DNA from: an uncultured Alphaproteobacteria bacterium
GTDB taxonomy: Bacteria; Pseudomonadota; Alphaproteobacteria; HIMB59; GCA-002718135
NCBI GenBank assembly: GCA_902621165.1
Contig: CACNKX010000007.1
Location: forward strand, 1,581 to 65,580
Length of the DNA: 64,000 nucleotides
Reading direction: 5' to 3'
The notes below the pieces were generated by a model. The model did no database searches. It was not told the DNA's origin and saw nothing but the letters and a program-made list of their open reading frames with translations. Shown piece by piece: positions 1-10,421 of this stretch (positions within the stretch are counted from its first letter, which is position 1; every line of letters begins with the position of its first letter). A program made the position numbers and the translations under genes.

Positions 1-76
1 GGATTACAAATAAAATCTGATTAATTTTTCTATTTTTAATTGAATTTAATTATAAATACTTTATCTGATGTTTAGT

Positions 77-152
<76 letters not shown>

Positions 153-245
153 TTTTTTCATTATCATTTTTAATTTTTAAGAAATTTAATAATTTAATCT
201 TTAAAAATATAGTTTATCCCAATTATTTAGATTACAAAATATATA

Positions 246-932
246 ATGGAAAATAATTTTAAAAAGAAATCATTAATATTCAGATTTTTAGATAAATTTC
301 AAAGGCGTAATAGAGGTAATTTATTTATGAATTTAAAAAATTACTATTATTACATTAATTCAAAAATATTTAAATTTACAAAAGATAATAGAGCTTACAT
401 CATTAGACAATTAAATAAAAATTCAATAATTGCTGAAGTTGGTGTTTGGAAGGGGGATTTTTCATTTGAAATTTTTAAAAATACATCTCCAAGGAAATTA
501 GTTCTAGTCGACCCATGGATTTATAATAAAAATATTAGAGGTTGTGCGCCACAAGTTAATGGAGAAGAGCCATTAAATCAGAGCTTTTTTGATCAAGCAA
601 AAATGTCAACATTTAAAAAATTTAATGGATATGGCAATGTTATAATATTAGACACAACTTCTAAAAATGCATCTGAAAAATATAAAGATAATTTTTTTGA
701 TTATATTTATATTGATGGAGAACACTCATATAAGGCTGTCTATGAAGATTTAACATTTTGGTATCCAAAGCTTAAAAATAATGGAAAAATTTTTGGAGAT
801 GATTTTTATTGGAGAGAAGAAGATAATTCATTTAGTGTTAAAGAAGCTTACTATGATTTTATTTCTAAACATAAAATTAAAAAATGGTGCGTGTTTAAAT
901 CTCAAATTTGTTTAATAAAAAATAATGTATAA
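246..932 (+). CDS. Class I SAM-dependent methyltransferase (Methyltransf_24-like)
   Basis: AEVGVWKG motif I, VDPW, FDYIYIDGEHSY, GDD motifs; start could instead be the ATG at 327. Confidence 0.8.
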   Translation: MENNFKKKSLIFRFLDKFQRRNRGNLFMNLKNYYYYINSKIFKFTKDNRAYIIRQLNKNSIIAEVGVWKGDFSFEIFKNTSPRKLVLVDPWIYNKNIRGCAPQVNGEEPLNQSFFDQAKMSTFKKFNGYGNVIILDTTSKNASEKYKDNFFDYIYIDGEHSYKAVYEDLTFWYPKLKNNGKIFGDDFYWREEDNSFSVKEAYYDFISKHKIKKWCVFKSQICLIKNNV

Positions 933-1821
933 AAAAAAAATAATTGTTAGCTCTTCTGATAGTAAATATTTTCATTTATTAAAAGAACTATATTTATCAC
1001 TTAAAAAAAATGCTGTTTTTGACGAATTTGATTTTGGAGTTCTTGATACAGGTATGGAGTCAGATAATCTCTCTTATTTGAGAGATAACAAAGTTATAAT
1101 TAAAAAAGCTATTTGGAACGTTGATGTTCCAAAATATAAAATACTTGGTAGAAATCATTTAAAAACTCAAGTAGCAAGAGCTTTTTTACCAGAATATTTT
1201 TCAGATTATGATGTTTATATTTGGCTTGATGCAGATATGTGGCTTAATGATCTTGAAACTTTTAAATTATATGAAGAGGGTGCAATTCAAAATTGTATTG
1301 CCATTACCCCACAATCAGATAGGTCTTACTTTAATAATGCAAAAGTTGATTGGTTTTTAAATTTTCCATTAAGAGTAAAAACAATAAACTTTAAAAATAT
1401 TGGTAAATCAGTATCAAGAAAACTTGGAAAAAAATATGCTTTCTATTCCACTTTAAATGCTGGAGCTTATGCAATAAATTCAAACCGAGATATATGGAAT
1501 TGCTTTCAGAAAAATGTAAAAAAAGCTGCAAAAAAAGGAAGAATATTTGGCACAGATCAAGTAGCACTTGCTCTTAGTATTTATGAAGATAAAATTCCAA
1601 CACAATTCCTTCCTGCATATTGTAATTGGATGTGCGACTTTCATTTGCCAATCTTTGATGAAAAGACTGAGAAATTTTTAGAACCATACCTTCCTAATCA
1701 TCCATTAGCACTTGTTCATTTAGCAGGATTAGATGAAATACGTGAAAACAATAATGTTAAGGTTGATATAAAAACTAAGAATGGCAATATTATAAAAAAG
1801 TCATTGCGATTTAATGTTTAA
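925..1821 (+). CDS. Putative GT-A fold glycosyltransferase (GT8-like)
   Basis: YIWLDAD (DxD), LNAG, GTDQ, YCNW and VHLAG motifs in GT8-like order. Confidence 0.65.
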   Translation: MYKKKIIVSSSDSKYFHLLKELYLSLKKNAVFDEFDFGVLDTGMESDNLSYLRDNKVIIKKAIWNVDVPKYKILGRNHLKTQVARAFLPEYFSDYDVYIWLDADMWLNDLETFKLYEEGAIQNCIAITPQSDRSYFNNAKVDWFLNFPLRVKTINFKNIGKSVSRKLGKKYAFYSTLNAGAYAINSNRDIWNCFQKNVKKAAKKGRIFGTDQVALALSIYEDKIPTQFLPAYCNWMCDFHLPIFDEKTEKFLEPYLPNHPLALVHLAGLDEIRENNNVKVDIKTKNGNIIKKSLRFNV

Positions 1822-2521
1822 ATTTGAGAAGTTAGTTTTTGGTGATGCTGGATGGGGTGATGAGTTTTTAATAGCAACCTTAATGACTCTGCTCGTAAGT
1901 ATTTTATCAATGGGTTTAGGCCTTTTTTTAGCAATCATAACAGTGTGGGCAAAGATAATACAAAACAGAATAACAAGATTTATTGCAAATTTTTATACAA
2001 CAGTAATCAGAGGTGTTCCTGAATTATTGGTTATTTATCTAATTTTCTTTGGCGGCAATGCTGTTGTTATGAGTGTAGCTAAAGTATTTGGATATAATAA
2101 ATATATAGAACTAAACGCACTTACAATTGCTACAATAGCCATTGCAGTAATATCAGCTACATATTCCAGTGAAGTTTTACGAGCTTCTTATTTGGCTATA
2201 TCTAAGGGTCAAATAGAAGCTGCAAGAGCACTGGGCATGAATAAATTTAGTATTTTTTTTAAAGTTATTTCACCTCAAGTTATAAGACATGCCTTACCGG
2301 GAATAGGAAATGTATGGCAAATAACTCTTAAAGATACTTCCCTGATTTCGGTAACTGGTCTTGTTGAAATTATGCGTCAGTCTAGAATATCTTCTAACGT
2401 TGAGCACTCACCTTTAACTTTCTTAATAACAGCCGCAATATTGTATTTATGTTTAACCACAATCTCTGGCAGGGTTTTTAAAACACTAGAGGTAAATTAT
2501 TCAAAAGGATTTTCTACATGA
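1814..2521 (+). CDS. Polar amino-acid ABC transporter permease (HisQ/OccQ-like)
   Basis: IRGVPELL motif, EAA loop GQIEAARALGM, LKDTSL; multiple TM helices. Confidence 0.9.
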   Translation: MFKFEKLVFGDAGWGDEFLIATLMTLLVSILSMGLGLFLAIITVWAKIIQNRITRFIANFYTTVIRGVPELLVIYLIFFGGNAVVMSVAKVFGYNKYIELNALTIATIAIAVISATYSSEVLRASYLAISKGQIEAARALGMNKFSIFFKVISPQVIRHALPGIGNVWQITLKDTSLISVTGLVEIMRQSRISSNVEHSPLTFLITAAILYLCLTTISGRVFKTLEVNYSKGFST

Positions 2522-3228
2522 TTGAATTATTAAATAGTATTCAAAATTCTCTTATCTATAAAAATTTCTTTTTGGTCCTATCTGGCTTAGATAATACAAT
2601 TTTATTATTATTAATTTCACTACCACTTGGTTTTGTTTTAGCATTATTATTTGCTCTAGGAAGAGTTTCTAAAATTACATTATTATCAAGAACAATTGCT
2701 AGTTATATTTTTATTATTCGAGGAACCCCTTTACTTGTTCAAATATATTTAATTTATTTTGGTTTAGGTTCTGTAAAATTTATTCGAGAAAGTTTTTTGT
2801 GGTATGCATTAAAAGAACCCTTTTGGTGCGGGGTAATAGCACTTACAATTAATACTGTTGCATATGGAGCAGAAATTTTTCGTGGCGGCATTCAATCAAT
2901 TGAAAAAAGTCAGGTTGAATCTGGTTTATCACTAGGATTTGGAAAATTTTTACTTTTAAGAAAAATTATACTTCCTATAGCTATACGAAAAGTTTTACCA
3001 TCTTACGGTAATGAATTAATACTAATGGTTAAAGCAACCTCTTTAGTTAGTCTTACAACCTATATGGAAATGACAGGTATTGCTAGAAAGATAATGGCTA
3101 AAACATTTGCACCAGTAGAAGCATTTATTGCTGCAGGTATACTTTATCTATTTTTAAATTTTTTAATGGTACAATTCGTTAAATATTTAGAATGGAAATA
3201 TAATCCACACTTAAGATTAAATAATTAA
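2518..3228 (+). CDS. Polar amino-acid ABC transporter permease (HisM/OccM-like)
   Basis: IRGTPLLVQ, AEIFRGG, NELILMVKATSL; ATGA overlap with the previous gene. Confidence 0.9.
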   Translation: MIELLNSIQNSLIYKNFFLVLSGLDNTILLLLISLPLGFVLALLFALGRVSKITLLSRTIASYIFIIRGTPLLVQIYLIYFGLGSVKFIRESFLWYALKEPFWCGVIALTINTVAYGAEIFRGGIQSIEKSQVESGLSLGFGKFLLLRKIILPIAIRKVLPSYGNELILMVKATSLVSLTTYMEMTGIARKIMAKTFAPVEAFIAAGILYLFLNFLMVQFVKYLEWKYNPHLRLNN

Positions 3229-3674
3229 TTTCTAAACTTTTTGTGACATGCCCCACAATTTGCTGACATTACTTTAAAAGCATCATTTAACATTTCACTA
3301 TCTTCTAATTCAGCACTAAGTGAAATCATTTCAATATCATTAACAAACTTATCGTTTAATTCATTAAAAGTTTCTCTATCATTCCATATTTCTTCACTAG
3401 CTCCTTTGTGCTGACTTCCTTCAGGATAGTGATCTTTAAAATCCGATGCTGCGTGTAACAAAGTTTTGTTTAATTCAAGAATTGCTTCATAATCATTAGT
3501 TTTTAACAATCTAAATATTTGAGATGACGTGCTTTTAACTTTTTGCATTAAAGCCATTCTATTATTAACGATCTCTTCAAGAGATTTATCTTCTAAAGTT
3601 ACTTTATGACCCATCAAAATAGTAGGCGTAATCAATGATAGTACTATGAGTATAATTTTAAGGCGTGTATCCAT
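3225..3674 (-). CDS. Class II cytochrome c (c'/c556 family)
   Basis: N-terminal signal peptide, RxxxM helix, YPEGS...IW motif, C-terminal CGACH heme site. Confidence 0.88.
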   Translation of the reverse strand: MDTRLKIILIVLSLITPTILMGHKVTLEDKSLEEIVNNRMALMQKVKSTSSQIFRLLKTNDYEAILELNKTLLHAASDFKDHYPEGSQHKGASEEIWNDRETFNELNDKFVNDIEMISLSAELEDSEMLNDAFKVMSANCGACHKKFRN

Positions 3675-4551
3675 ATTTTTTCAATGTAGATGAAAGATAA
3701 TTATATCCAATTTTAGCATATTCAAGTGGGTTAGCTTTTTTAGGATCCTGTTCAGCTTCAATTATAAGCCATTTTTGATACTTTTCTTCAAATAATATTT
3801 TAATTAATGGTTCATAATCGATGCATCCATCTCCAGGAACAGTGAAAACACCATCTAAAAAAGACTCTCTAAAACTTAAGTCATCTTTAATAGATTTTAA
3901 AAAAACATCTTTTCTAATATCCTTACAATGAACATGGTTAATTCGAGAAATATAATTTTTTAATACTCTTTCGTAATTTGCTTCGGCAAACATTAAGTGT
4001 CCAGTATCGTAAAGCAAAAATGTATTTTGATTTGTCATATCCATAAATCGATTTACATCTTCCTCAGACTGTATAATAGTTCCCATATGCTCATGATACG
4101 ACATTGGCATTCCTTCATCCATCAGCATATCAGATAATTCACTGATTTTTTTGCAATAGCTATCCCATTCATTTTTTTCAAGTATTGGTCTTTTACTAAG
4201 AGCTTTTGATTGATCACCTTGGATTGATCCAGATACATCAGCAAAAACAAAAACATCTGCATTAATTAACTTTAATAAATTTAAATGATCTTGGAGTGCT
4301 ATCCATTCTTCTTTTACACTTCTTTCTCTAAGCATTGCGCCATACCAACCACCTGGCATTTTTAAATTAAATTTTTCTAAAAGATATTTTGTTATTCCAG
4401 GGTTTCTTGGAAATTTTCCACCTAATTCAATGCCTTTAAATCCAGATGTGCGTGCATCCTCTAAACATTTTTCGATAGGGGTATCACCTCCTAGCTCTGG
4501 CATATCATCATTACTCCATGCAATAGGTGCGATACCAAGTTTAATTTTCAT
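3658..4551 (-). CDS. iolE: myo-inosose-2 dehydratase
   Basis: GIAPIAWSNDDMPELGG N-terminus, YHEHMGT, YDTGH, HVHCKD, FTVPGDG, IEAEQDP. Confidence 0.9.
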   Translation of the reverse strand: MKIKLGIAPIAWSNDDMPELGGDTPIEKCLEDARTSGFKGIELGGKFPRNPGITKYLLEKFNLKMPGGWYGAMLRERSVKEEWIALQDHLNLLKLINADVFVFADVSGSIQGDQSKALSKRPILEKNEWDSYCKKISELSDMLMDEGMPMSYHEHMGTIIQSEEDVNRFMDMTNQNTFLLYDTGHLMFAEANYERVLKNYISRINHVHCKDIRKDVFLKSIKDDLSFRESFLDGVFTVPGDGCIDYEPLIKILFEEKYQKWLIIEAEQDPKKANPLEYAKIGYNYLSSTLKKYGYTP

Positions 4552-4594
4552 GAAGTTTTACATATTTCATGATAGATGAAAAATAAAGATAAAT

Positions 4595-5416
4595 ATGAAT
4601 ATATTATTAGTTGATGGAAATGAAAAAGAAGCTTCTGATCGATATACAAAATTGGGTATGGATACTCAATTTCAAGTATATGAAAAAATTTTAAAAAAAT
4701 ATTCTATTTCAACTATCAATATTACAACAATTCATCCTGCTGTTCATAATAATTATCTTCCTTTAGGCATAAGTCTTGACGATTTCGAAGCGGTTGCTTG
4801 GACAGGAAGCTTACTTAATATATATAACATGACAAAATCCATAACTAATCAAATAGATTTAGCTAAAGAATTATTTAAAAAAAAGAATAAAATATTTGGT
4901 AGTTGTTGGGGGCTTCAGGTTTTAGTAACTGCCGCAGGAGGTAAAGTAAGAAAAAATCCAAATGGCCTTGAAGCAGTTTTAGCTAAAAATATTACATTAA
5001 ATAAAGATGGTGAAATTCATCCCATGTATAAAAACAAAAAAAAATCATTTAATGCACTATGTTGGCATTATGATGAAGCAGAAAAGCTTCCAAAAGAAAC
5101 TAAGGTGCTAGCCTCAAATAAGATCAGTCAATTCCAATCTATAAGCTTTGAAGTAAATCAATCAAGTGTTTGGGCAGTGCAATACCATCCAGAATTTAAT
5201 TCAAAATGGATGGCTAGACTTATGGAAATGAGAAAAGATATTTTATTAGATCAAAAAGTATACGAAAATTTATCAGAATTTGAAAACGAAAAAATGATTT
5301 TACAAAACCCTGATAATCTTGAGAAAAAAGAATTACATATATATGATGATGTAGTTGATGAAGAAATCCATTCTTTAGAACTTTCAAATTGGTTAAATCT
5401 TAATAAAAATTATTGA
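4595..5416 (+). CDS. Stand-alone type 1 glutamine amidotransferase
   Basis: WTGS, GSCWGLQ nucleophile elbow, QYHPE catalytic His-Glu. Confidence 0.85.
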   Translation: MNILLVDGNEKEASDRYTKLGMDTQFQVYEKILKKYSISTINITTIHPAVHNNYLPLGISLDDFEAVAWTGSLLNIYNMTKSITNQIDLAKELFKKKNKIFGSCWGLQVLVTAAGGKVRKNPNGLEAVLAKNITLNKDGEIHPMYKNKKKSFNALCWHYDEAEKLPKETKVLASNKISQFQSISFEVNQSSVWAVQYHPEFNSKWMARLMEMRKDILLDQKVYENLSEFENEKMILQNPDNLEKKELHIYDDVVDEEIHSLELSNWLNLNKNY

Positions 5417-6881
5417 CTACATTTATAATTGATTTCCACTTACTAATACTAGAAACTGAAATTGATTTGTTAATATTTGCTTTAACTGTTTTATCTTTTT
5501 TCCAAAGTTTACTTATTTGGCTTGTATTTTTTAAATATCCAGATTGAATTGCTGCAAGATATGCTGCGCCAAGAGAAGTAGTCTCAACATTACTTGGTCT
5601 AATAATTTTAATTTGAGAAATATTTGCTAAACTTTGTAGAAAGCTATTATTTTTAACCATACCTCCATCAACTCTTATTTCACTAATCTTTGTCTTAGAA
5701 TCTTTTTCCATACACTCAATTAATTCATAAGTTTGAAAAGATAGACTGTCCAAAGTTACTTTGATGATATCTTCTTTAGACGTATTTCTAGTGATGCCAA
5801 AAAATGTTCCTCTTGCATTAGGGTTCCAATATGGGGCGCCAAGTCCAGTTAATGCTGGGACAAAAAATAAACTTTCATCTTTATTGGCTTTTTTATACAA
5901 TTTATCAGTTTCACTAGAATCTTTTATAAATTTTAAATTATCGCGAAGCCATTGTATGGCAGAGCCCGCTACAAAAATACTTCCTTCATAGCAAAACATT
6001 TTTTTACCATTTATTTTAAAAGCAACAGTTGTTAGTAATCTATTTTTAGATAATTTAAATTTTTCTCCAATATTCATAAGAAGAAAACAACCTGTACCAT
6101 ATGTACTTTTTGATTGCCCTTTTTTGAAACAAGCTTGACCAATTGTTGCTGACTGTTGGTCTCCAGCCATGCCTCCAATTGGTATTGAATCACCAAATAA
6201 TTTAGTAGAGCCAAAATCATATGCATTTTCAACTACAGTTGGTAAGATATTTTTTGGAATATTAAATATTTTTAAAATTTTGTCAGACCACTGCTCTTTT
6301 TGAGAATCAAAAATCATGGTTCTTGAGGCATTTGATATATCTGTTAGGTGAGATTTTCCCTTGGTTAATTTCCATAATAGCCAGGTGTCTATTGTTCCAA
6401 AAAGTAAATTATTATTTTTTAAATTCTTATTTACTTCCTTAACATTATCAATAATCCATTTAATTTTAGTAGCTGAAAAATATGGATCAAGCTCTAGACC
6501 AGTTATTTTTTGAATTTTTTTATCAATCCCTTTTCTTTTTAAATTTTCACAAAGATTTGCTGTTCTTCTATCTTGCCAGACTATTGCTCTGTAAACTGGT
6601 TTCCCAGTTTTCTTATTCCACAAAACTGTTGTTTCTCTTTGATTGGTGATTCCAATTGAAATTATATTTTTTGAATTTAACTTATTTTTTCTTAATATTT
6701 TTGAAATTAAATTTCTAACATCATCCCAAATTTCTGTTGCATTATGTTCGACCCATCCTTCATTGGGAAAATATTGTTTAAATTCTTTTTGGACAATATC
6801 GAATATTTCAAATTTTTTATTATACAGTACAATTCTTGAACTTGTTGTTCCTTGATCTATTACCAAAAAATATTTTTTCAT
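5400..6881 (-). CDS. glpK: Glycerol kinase
   Basis: IDQGTTSSR, GITNQRETT, AIVWQDRRT, DPYFSATK, GDQQ, TYGTGCF, GLGAPYW, RVDGG. Confidence 0.95.
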   Translation of the reverse strand: MKKYFLVIDQGTTSSRIVLYNKKFEIFDIVQKEFKQYFPNEGWVEHNATEIWDDVRNLISKILRKNKLNSKNIISIGITNQRETTVLWNKKTGKPVYRAIVWQDRRTANLCENLKRKGIDKKIQKITGLELDPYFSATKIKWIIDNVKEVNKNLKNNNLLFGTIDTWLLWKLTKGKSHLTDISNASRTMIFDSQKEQWSDKILKIFNIPKNILPTVVENAYDFGSTKLFGDSIPIGGMAGDQQSATIGQACFKKGQSKSTYGTGCFLLMNIGEKFKLSKNRLLTTVAFKINGKKMFCYEGSIFVAGSAIQWLRDNLKFIKDSSETDKLYKKANKDESLFFVPALTGLGAPYWNPNARGTFFGITRNTSKEDIIKVTLDSLSFQTYELIECMEKDSKTKISEIRVDGGMVKNNSFLQSLANISQIKIIRPSNVETTSLGAAYLAAIQSGYLKNTSQISKLWKKDKTVKANINKSISVSSISKWKSIINVVNNFY

Positions 6882-6884
6882 AAA

Positions 6885-8819
6885 TTAGACGTCTAAATTT
6901 TTAATGAAGTTAGCATTATTTTGAATAAATTTAAAACGTAACTCTGCTTGTTTTCCCATTAAGGTTTCGAATAAACTTTCGGTATTCTTCATATCTTTCT
7001 TAGCTTTTTCAGAGTTAATCAATATTAGATTTCTTTTGTTTTGATCCATTGTAGTCTCTTTCAATTGATCAGCTGGCATTTCACCCAAACCTTTAAATCT
7101 TGTAATGTTATAATTGTCAGACCTAAATTCTTTTTCAATTAATTTATCTTTCTCTTTTTCATCATATGCGTAAAAAGATTTATTTTTGTTATAAATTTTA
7201 AATAAAGGAGGCATTGCTAGATATAGTTTATTTTCATCAATTAAACTTTTCATATATTTATAAAAAAAAGTAATAAGTAGAGTTGCAATATGTGAACCAT
7301 CTACGTCCGCATCAGTCATTAAAATTATTTTCTCATATCGAAGTTTTGAAATTTCAAAGTTTTTTCCAATACCACAACCTAAAGATTGAATAAGATTTTG
7401 TATTTCATTGTTATCAGCAATTTTAGATAGCCCAACATTATAAACATTTAATATTTTCCCTCTTAAAGGAAGTATTGCTTGAAATTCTCTATTTCTTGCT
7501 TGCTTAGCAGAACCTCCAGCACTGTCGCCTTCAACAATAAATATTTCAGAATCTTTTATTGATTTACTCGAACAATCTACTAATTTACCTGGAAGACGAT
7601 TTCTTTCTTTAATACTTTTTCTATCTAACTCTTTAATTTTTGATAAATCAGTTCTTTGAAGAGCTCTTTCAATTAAATTATCTAAAAGTATTTTTGAATT
7701 TTTTTTATTAGCATTTAACCATAATAAAAATTCTTGTTGTGTTTTTGTTTCAATTTCTTTTTGTAAATTTGGCATTATTATTCTTTTTTTAGTTTGACCT
7801 TCAAAACTTGGATCATTTATAAAGATCGAAATAATAACGTTAGAGTAATCAAAAATATCACTGTGATTTATATTACTGATTTTTGAGAATTGATTTTTTT
7901 GGCCATAAAGTTTTATAGCTTTTAGAATTCCATTACGAATACCATTTTCATGAGAGCCGCCATCTGGTGTTTCAATAGTGTTACAATATGACATTAAACT
8001 TGAATTTTCATTTGTATTAAATGAAATTAAAGTTTCAAAATTTTCATTATCTTTAATTTTTGATTTTAATAAAAAATTTTTTTCAAATAATTTAGAGTTG
8101 TTTGCGTATTCTAATTGAAAATAATCTTCAATTCCTTTTTTATAAAAAAAACTTTTTTTGTTAGGGGTTTTATCTTTTATTAATTCTTTATCAATTTCAA
8201 AGTTGATAGTTGTGCCTCCAACTAATACTGATTTCATATTTATAAAATTATATAATTTTTTTGTAACAAATTGTGTTTCTTCAAATATGCTTTCATCTGG
8301 GATAAAAGAAATTTCTGTACCTTTTAATTTTTTGCTACATTTTTCAATTTTTATTTTTGTCTTAACCTTTCCTTTTGAGTAATCTTGCCTATACACTTTT
8401 CCATCTTTGAATACCTGAACTTGTAATAAAGAACTTAATGCATTTACAACAGAAATCCCAACCCCGTGTAATCCACCAGAAGTTTTGTAAGCATTACTGT
8501 TAAATTTACCACCTGCGTGAAGTGTAGTTAAAACTACTTCAAGTGCTCTTTTATTTTTATATTTTGGATGAAAATCAATAGGTATACCTCTTCCATTATC
8601 TTTTATTTTTATCGAACCATCTTTTTTATATTGAAAACTTATATCGGTCGCGTGACCAGCTAAAACTTCATCTATACTATTATCTAGTACTTCGTTAACT
8701 AAATGATGAAGACCATCTTGATTTGTGCTTCCAATATACATACCCGGTCTTTTACGAACTGGCTCAAGACCCTCAAGTACTTCAATATCTTTGGCATTAT
8801 AAGTAGATTTTTTAGCCAC
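6885..8819 (-). CDS. parE: DNA topoisomerase IV subunit B
   Basis: LEGLEPVRKRPGMYIG, GHKL motifs, VEGDSAGG, PLRGKILN, DADVDG; 644 aa with an alpha ParE-type C-terminus LMGKQAELRFKFIQ; GTG start. Confidence 0.88.
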   Translation of the reverse strand: MAKKSTYNAKDIEVLEGLEPVRKRPGMYIGSTNQDGLHHLVNEVLDNSIDEVLAGHATDISFQYKKDGSIKIKDNGRGIPIDFHPKYKNKRALEVVLTTLHAGGKFNSNAYKTSGGLHGVGISVVNALSSLLQVQVFKDGKVYRQDYSKGKVKTKIKIEKCSKKLKGTEISFIPDESIFEETQFVTKKLYNFINMKSVLVGGTTINFEIDKELIKDKTPNKKSFFYKKGIEDYFQLEYANNSKLFEKNFLLKSKIKDNENFETLISFNTNENSSLMSYCNTIETPDGGSHENGIRNGILKAIKLYGQKNQFSKISNINHSDIFDYSNVIISIFINDPSFEGQTKKRIIMPNLQKEIETKTQQEFLLWLNANKKNSKILLDNLIERALQRTDLSKIKELDRKSIKERNRLPGKLVDCSSKSIKDSEIFIVEGDSAGGSAKQARNREFQAILPLRGKILNVYNVGLSKIADNNEIQNLIQSLGCGIGKNFEISKLRYEKIILMTDADVDGSHIATLLITFFYKYMKSLIDENKLYLAMPPLFKIYNKNKSFYAYDEKEKDKLIEKEFRSDNYNITRFKGLGEMPADQLKETTMDQNKRNLILINSEKAKKDMKNTESLFETLMGKQAELRFKFIQNNANFIKNLDV

Positions 8820-8855
8820 AAATATTACTTATCAAAAGTGTTGTTCTAAAAATAT

Positions 8856-8881
8856 AAAAAAAACCGCCCTAAGGCGGTTTT
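8856..8881 (-). terminator. Intrinsic terminator downstream of glnA
   Basis: Minus strand AAAACCGCC-TTAG-GGCGG followed by T8, 22 nt after the glnA stop. Confidence 0.85.
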
Positions 8882-8903
8882 CTTTATAGAGACAAGTATA
8901 ATT

Positions 8904-10334
8904 CTACACGTCGTAGTATAATTTAAACTCGTGTGGATGAGGTCTAATATTAATAGGGTCAACCTCACTCTCTTTTTTATAGCTAATATAAGTTTCAATT
9001 ACATCTTTGGTGAATACGTCACCCTCTAATAAAAATTCATGATCTTTCTCAAGAGCTTCAAGAGATTCAGCTAAAGATCCAGGCGTAGATTGAATTTTAG
9101 ACAAAACTTCATCGCTAGCAGCATAGAGATTTATATCTGTTGGATCACCAGGATTAATTTTATTTTTAATTCCATCTAATCCTGCCATTAACATTGCTGA
9201 GAATGCTAAGTATGGATTTGCACTTGGATCTGGACATCTAAATTCCATTCTTTTTGCTTTAGGGCTTTGAGAATAAGCAGGAATTCTAACAGATGCAGTT
9301 CTATTTCTTTGAGAGTAAACGATGTTTACCGGAGCCTCAAAGCCTGGTACCAATCTTTTATAAGAGTTAGTAGTTGGAGCACAAAAAGCTAATAGAGCAG
9401 GTGCATGTTTAAGAATACCTCCAATATAGTTTAGAGCTAAATCACTTAGGTTAGCATAGTTACCTTCTTTATACATTAATGTGTCACCGTCTTTCCAAAC
9501 ACTTTGATGCACGTGCATTCCTGAACCATTATCTTCAAATAAAGGTTTAGGCATAAATGTAGCAGTCATTCCATGTTGTCTGGCAACATTTTTTACAACA
9601 TACTTATATTTCATCATATCATCGGCCATCTTTAACAGTGGTGAAAATTCTAAATCAATTTCACACTGTCCACCTGTTGCAACTTCATGGTGATGTGCTT
9701 CAACAGTAAGACCAATGTCTTGCATTGTCATTACCATTTCAGTTCTTACATCTTGAAGTGTATCAACTGGTGGTAAAGGAAAATAACCTTCTTTATGCCT
9801 AGGTTTATGTCCTAAGTTTGGATTTTCATCAGCGCCACTATTCCAAGTACCCTCGACAGAATCAACTTCATGAAATGCAAAGTTTGATCCAGAATCAAAC
9901 TGAACATTATTAAATACAAAAAATTCTGCTTCTGGTCCGAAAAATGCTGTATCGCCAATACCAGATGATTTCAAATATGCCTCAGCTTTTTTGGCAATAT
10001 TTCTTGGGTCACGACTATAATCAACCAAAGTTACAGGATCCTTAATGTTACAATGTAATGCTAGAGTTTTTTCTGAAAAAAATGGATCAATGTATGCAGT
10101 CGTTGCATCTGGCAAAACAATCATATCACTGTCTTGAATTTCTTGGAAACCTCTTACTGAAGATCCATCAAAACCAAGTCCATCAGAAAATATATCTTCG
10201 TCTAAAAATTTAATTGGTATTGTAAAATGTTGAGTTGTTCCTGGTATATCAGTAAAGCGCATATCAACCATTTTAATGTCCATATCTTTAATTTCAGACA
10301 TTAAATCTTTTGGAGTCGAGCTTTTTAATTTCAT
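8904..10334 (-). CDS. glnA: Glutamine synthetase type I (GSI-beta)
   Basis: [56 protein letters not shown]; AAGGAG Shine-Dalgarno upstream. Confidence 0.97.
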   Translation of the reverse strand: MKLKSSTPKDLMSEIKDMDIKMVDMRFTDIPGTTQHFTIPIKFLDEDIFSDGLGFDGSSVRGFQEIQDSDMIVLPDATTAYIDPFFSEKTLALHCNIKDPVTLVDYSRDPRNIAKKAEAYLKSSGIGDTAFFGPEAEFFVFNNVQFDSGSNFAFHEVDSVEGTWNSGADENPNLGHKPRHKEGYFPLPPVDTLQDVRTEMVMTMQDIGLTVEAHHHEVATGGQCEIDLEFSPLLKMADDMMKYKYVVKNVARQHGMTATFMPKPLFEDNGSGMHVHQSVWKDGDTLMYKEGNYANLSDLALNYIGGILKHAPALLAFCAPTTNSYKRLVPGFEAPVNIVYSQRNRTASVRIPAYSQSPKAKRMEFRCPDPSANPYLAFSAMLMAGLDGIKNKINPGDPTDINLYAASDEVLSKIQSTPGSLAESLEALEKDHEFLLEGDVFTKDVIETYISYKKESEVDPINIRPHPHEFKLYYDV

Positions 10335-10351
10335 ATCTATCTCCTTACTTC

Positions 10352-10381
10352 AACAAAAGGGTATGCTATCCAGCGTTACCC
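10352..10381 (-). terminator. Candidate attenuator hairpin in the glnA leader (riboswitch expression platform)
   Basis: Minus strand GGGTA-AC-GCT-GGAT-AGC-A-TACCC followed by TTTTGTT, between aptamer 2 and the glnA SD. Confidence 0.55.
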
Positions 10382-10421
10382 GGTTAAATCATGCTCTAGT
10401 TATGAAATCTGCTTTTGATGC

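Noticed and set aside
153-5416. Integrative element or prophage at tRNA-Phe
   Set aside because: No integrase, transposase or duplicated tRNA 3' end was seen by eye
8820-8855. LexA box upstream of parE
   Set aside because: Only one GTTC half-site (8843-8846), with no partner at N7 spacing
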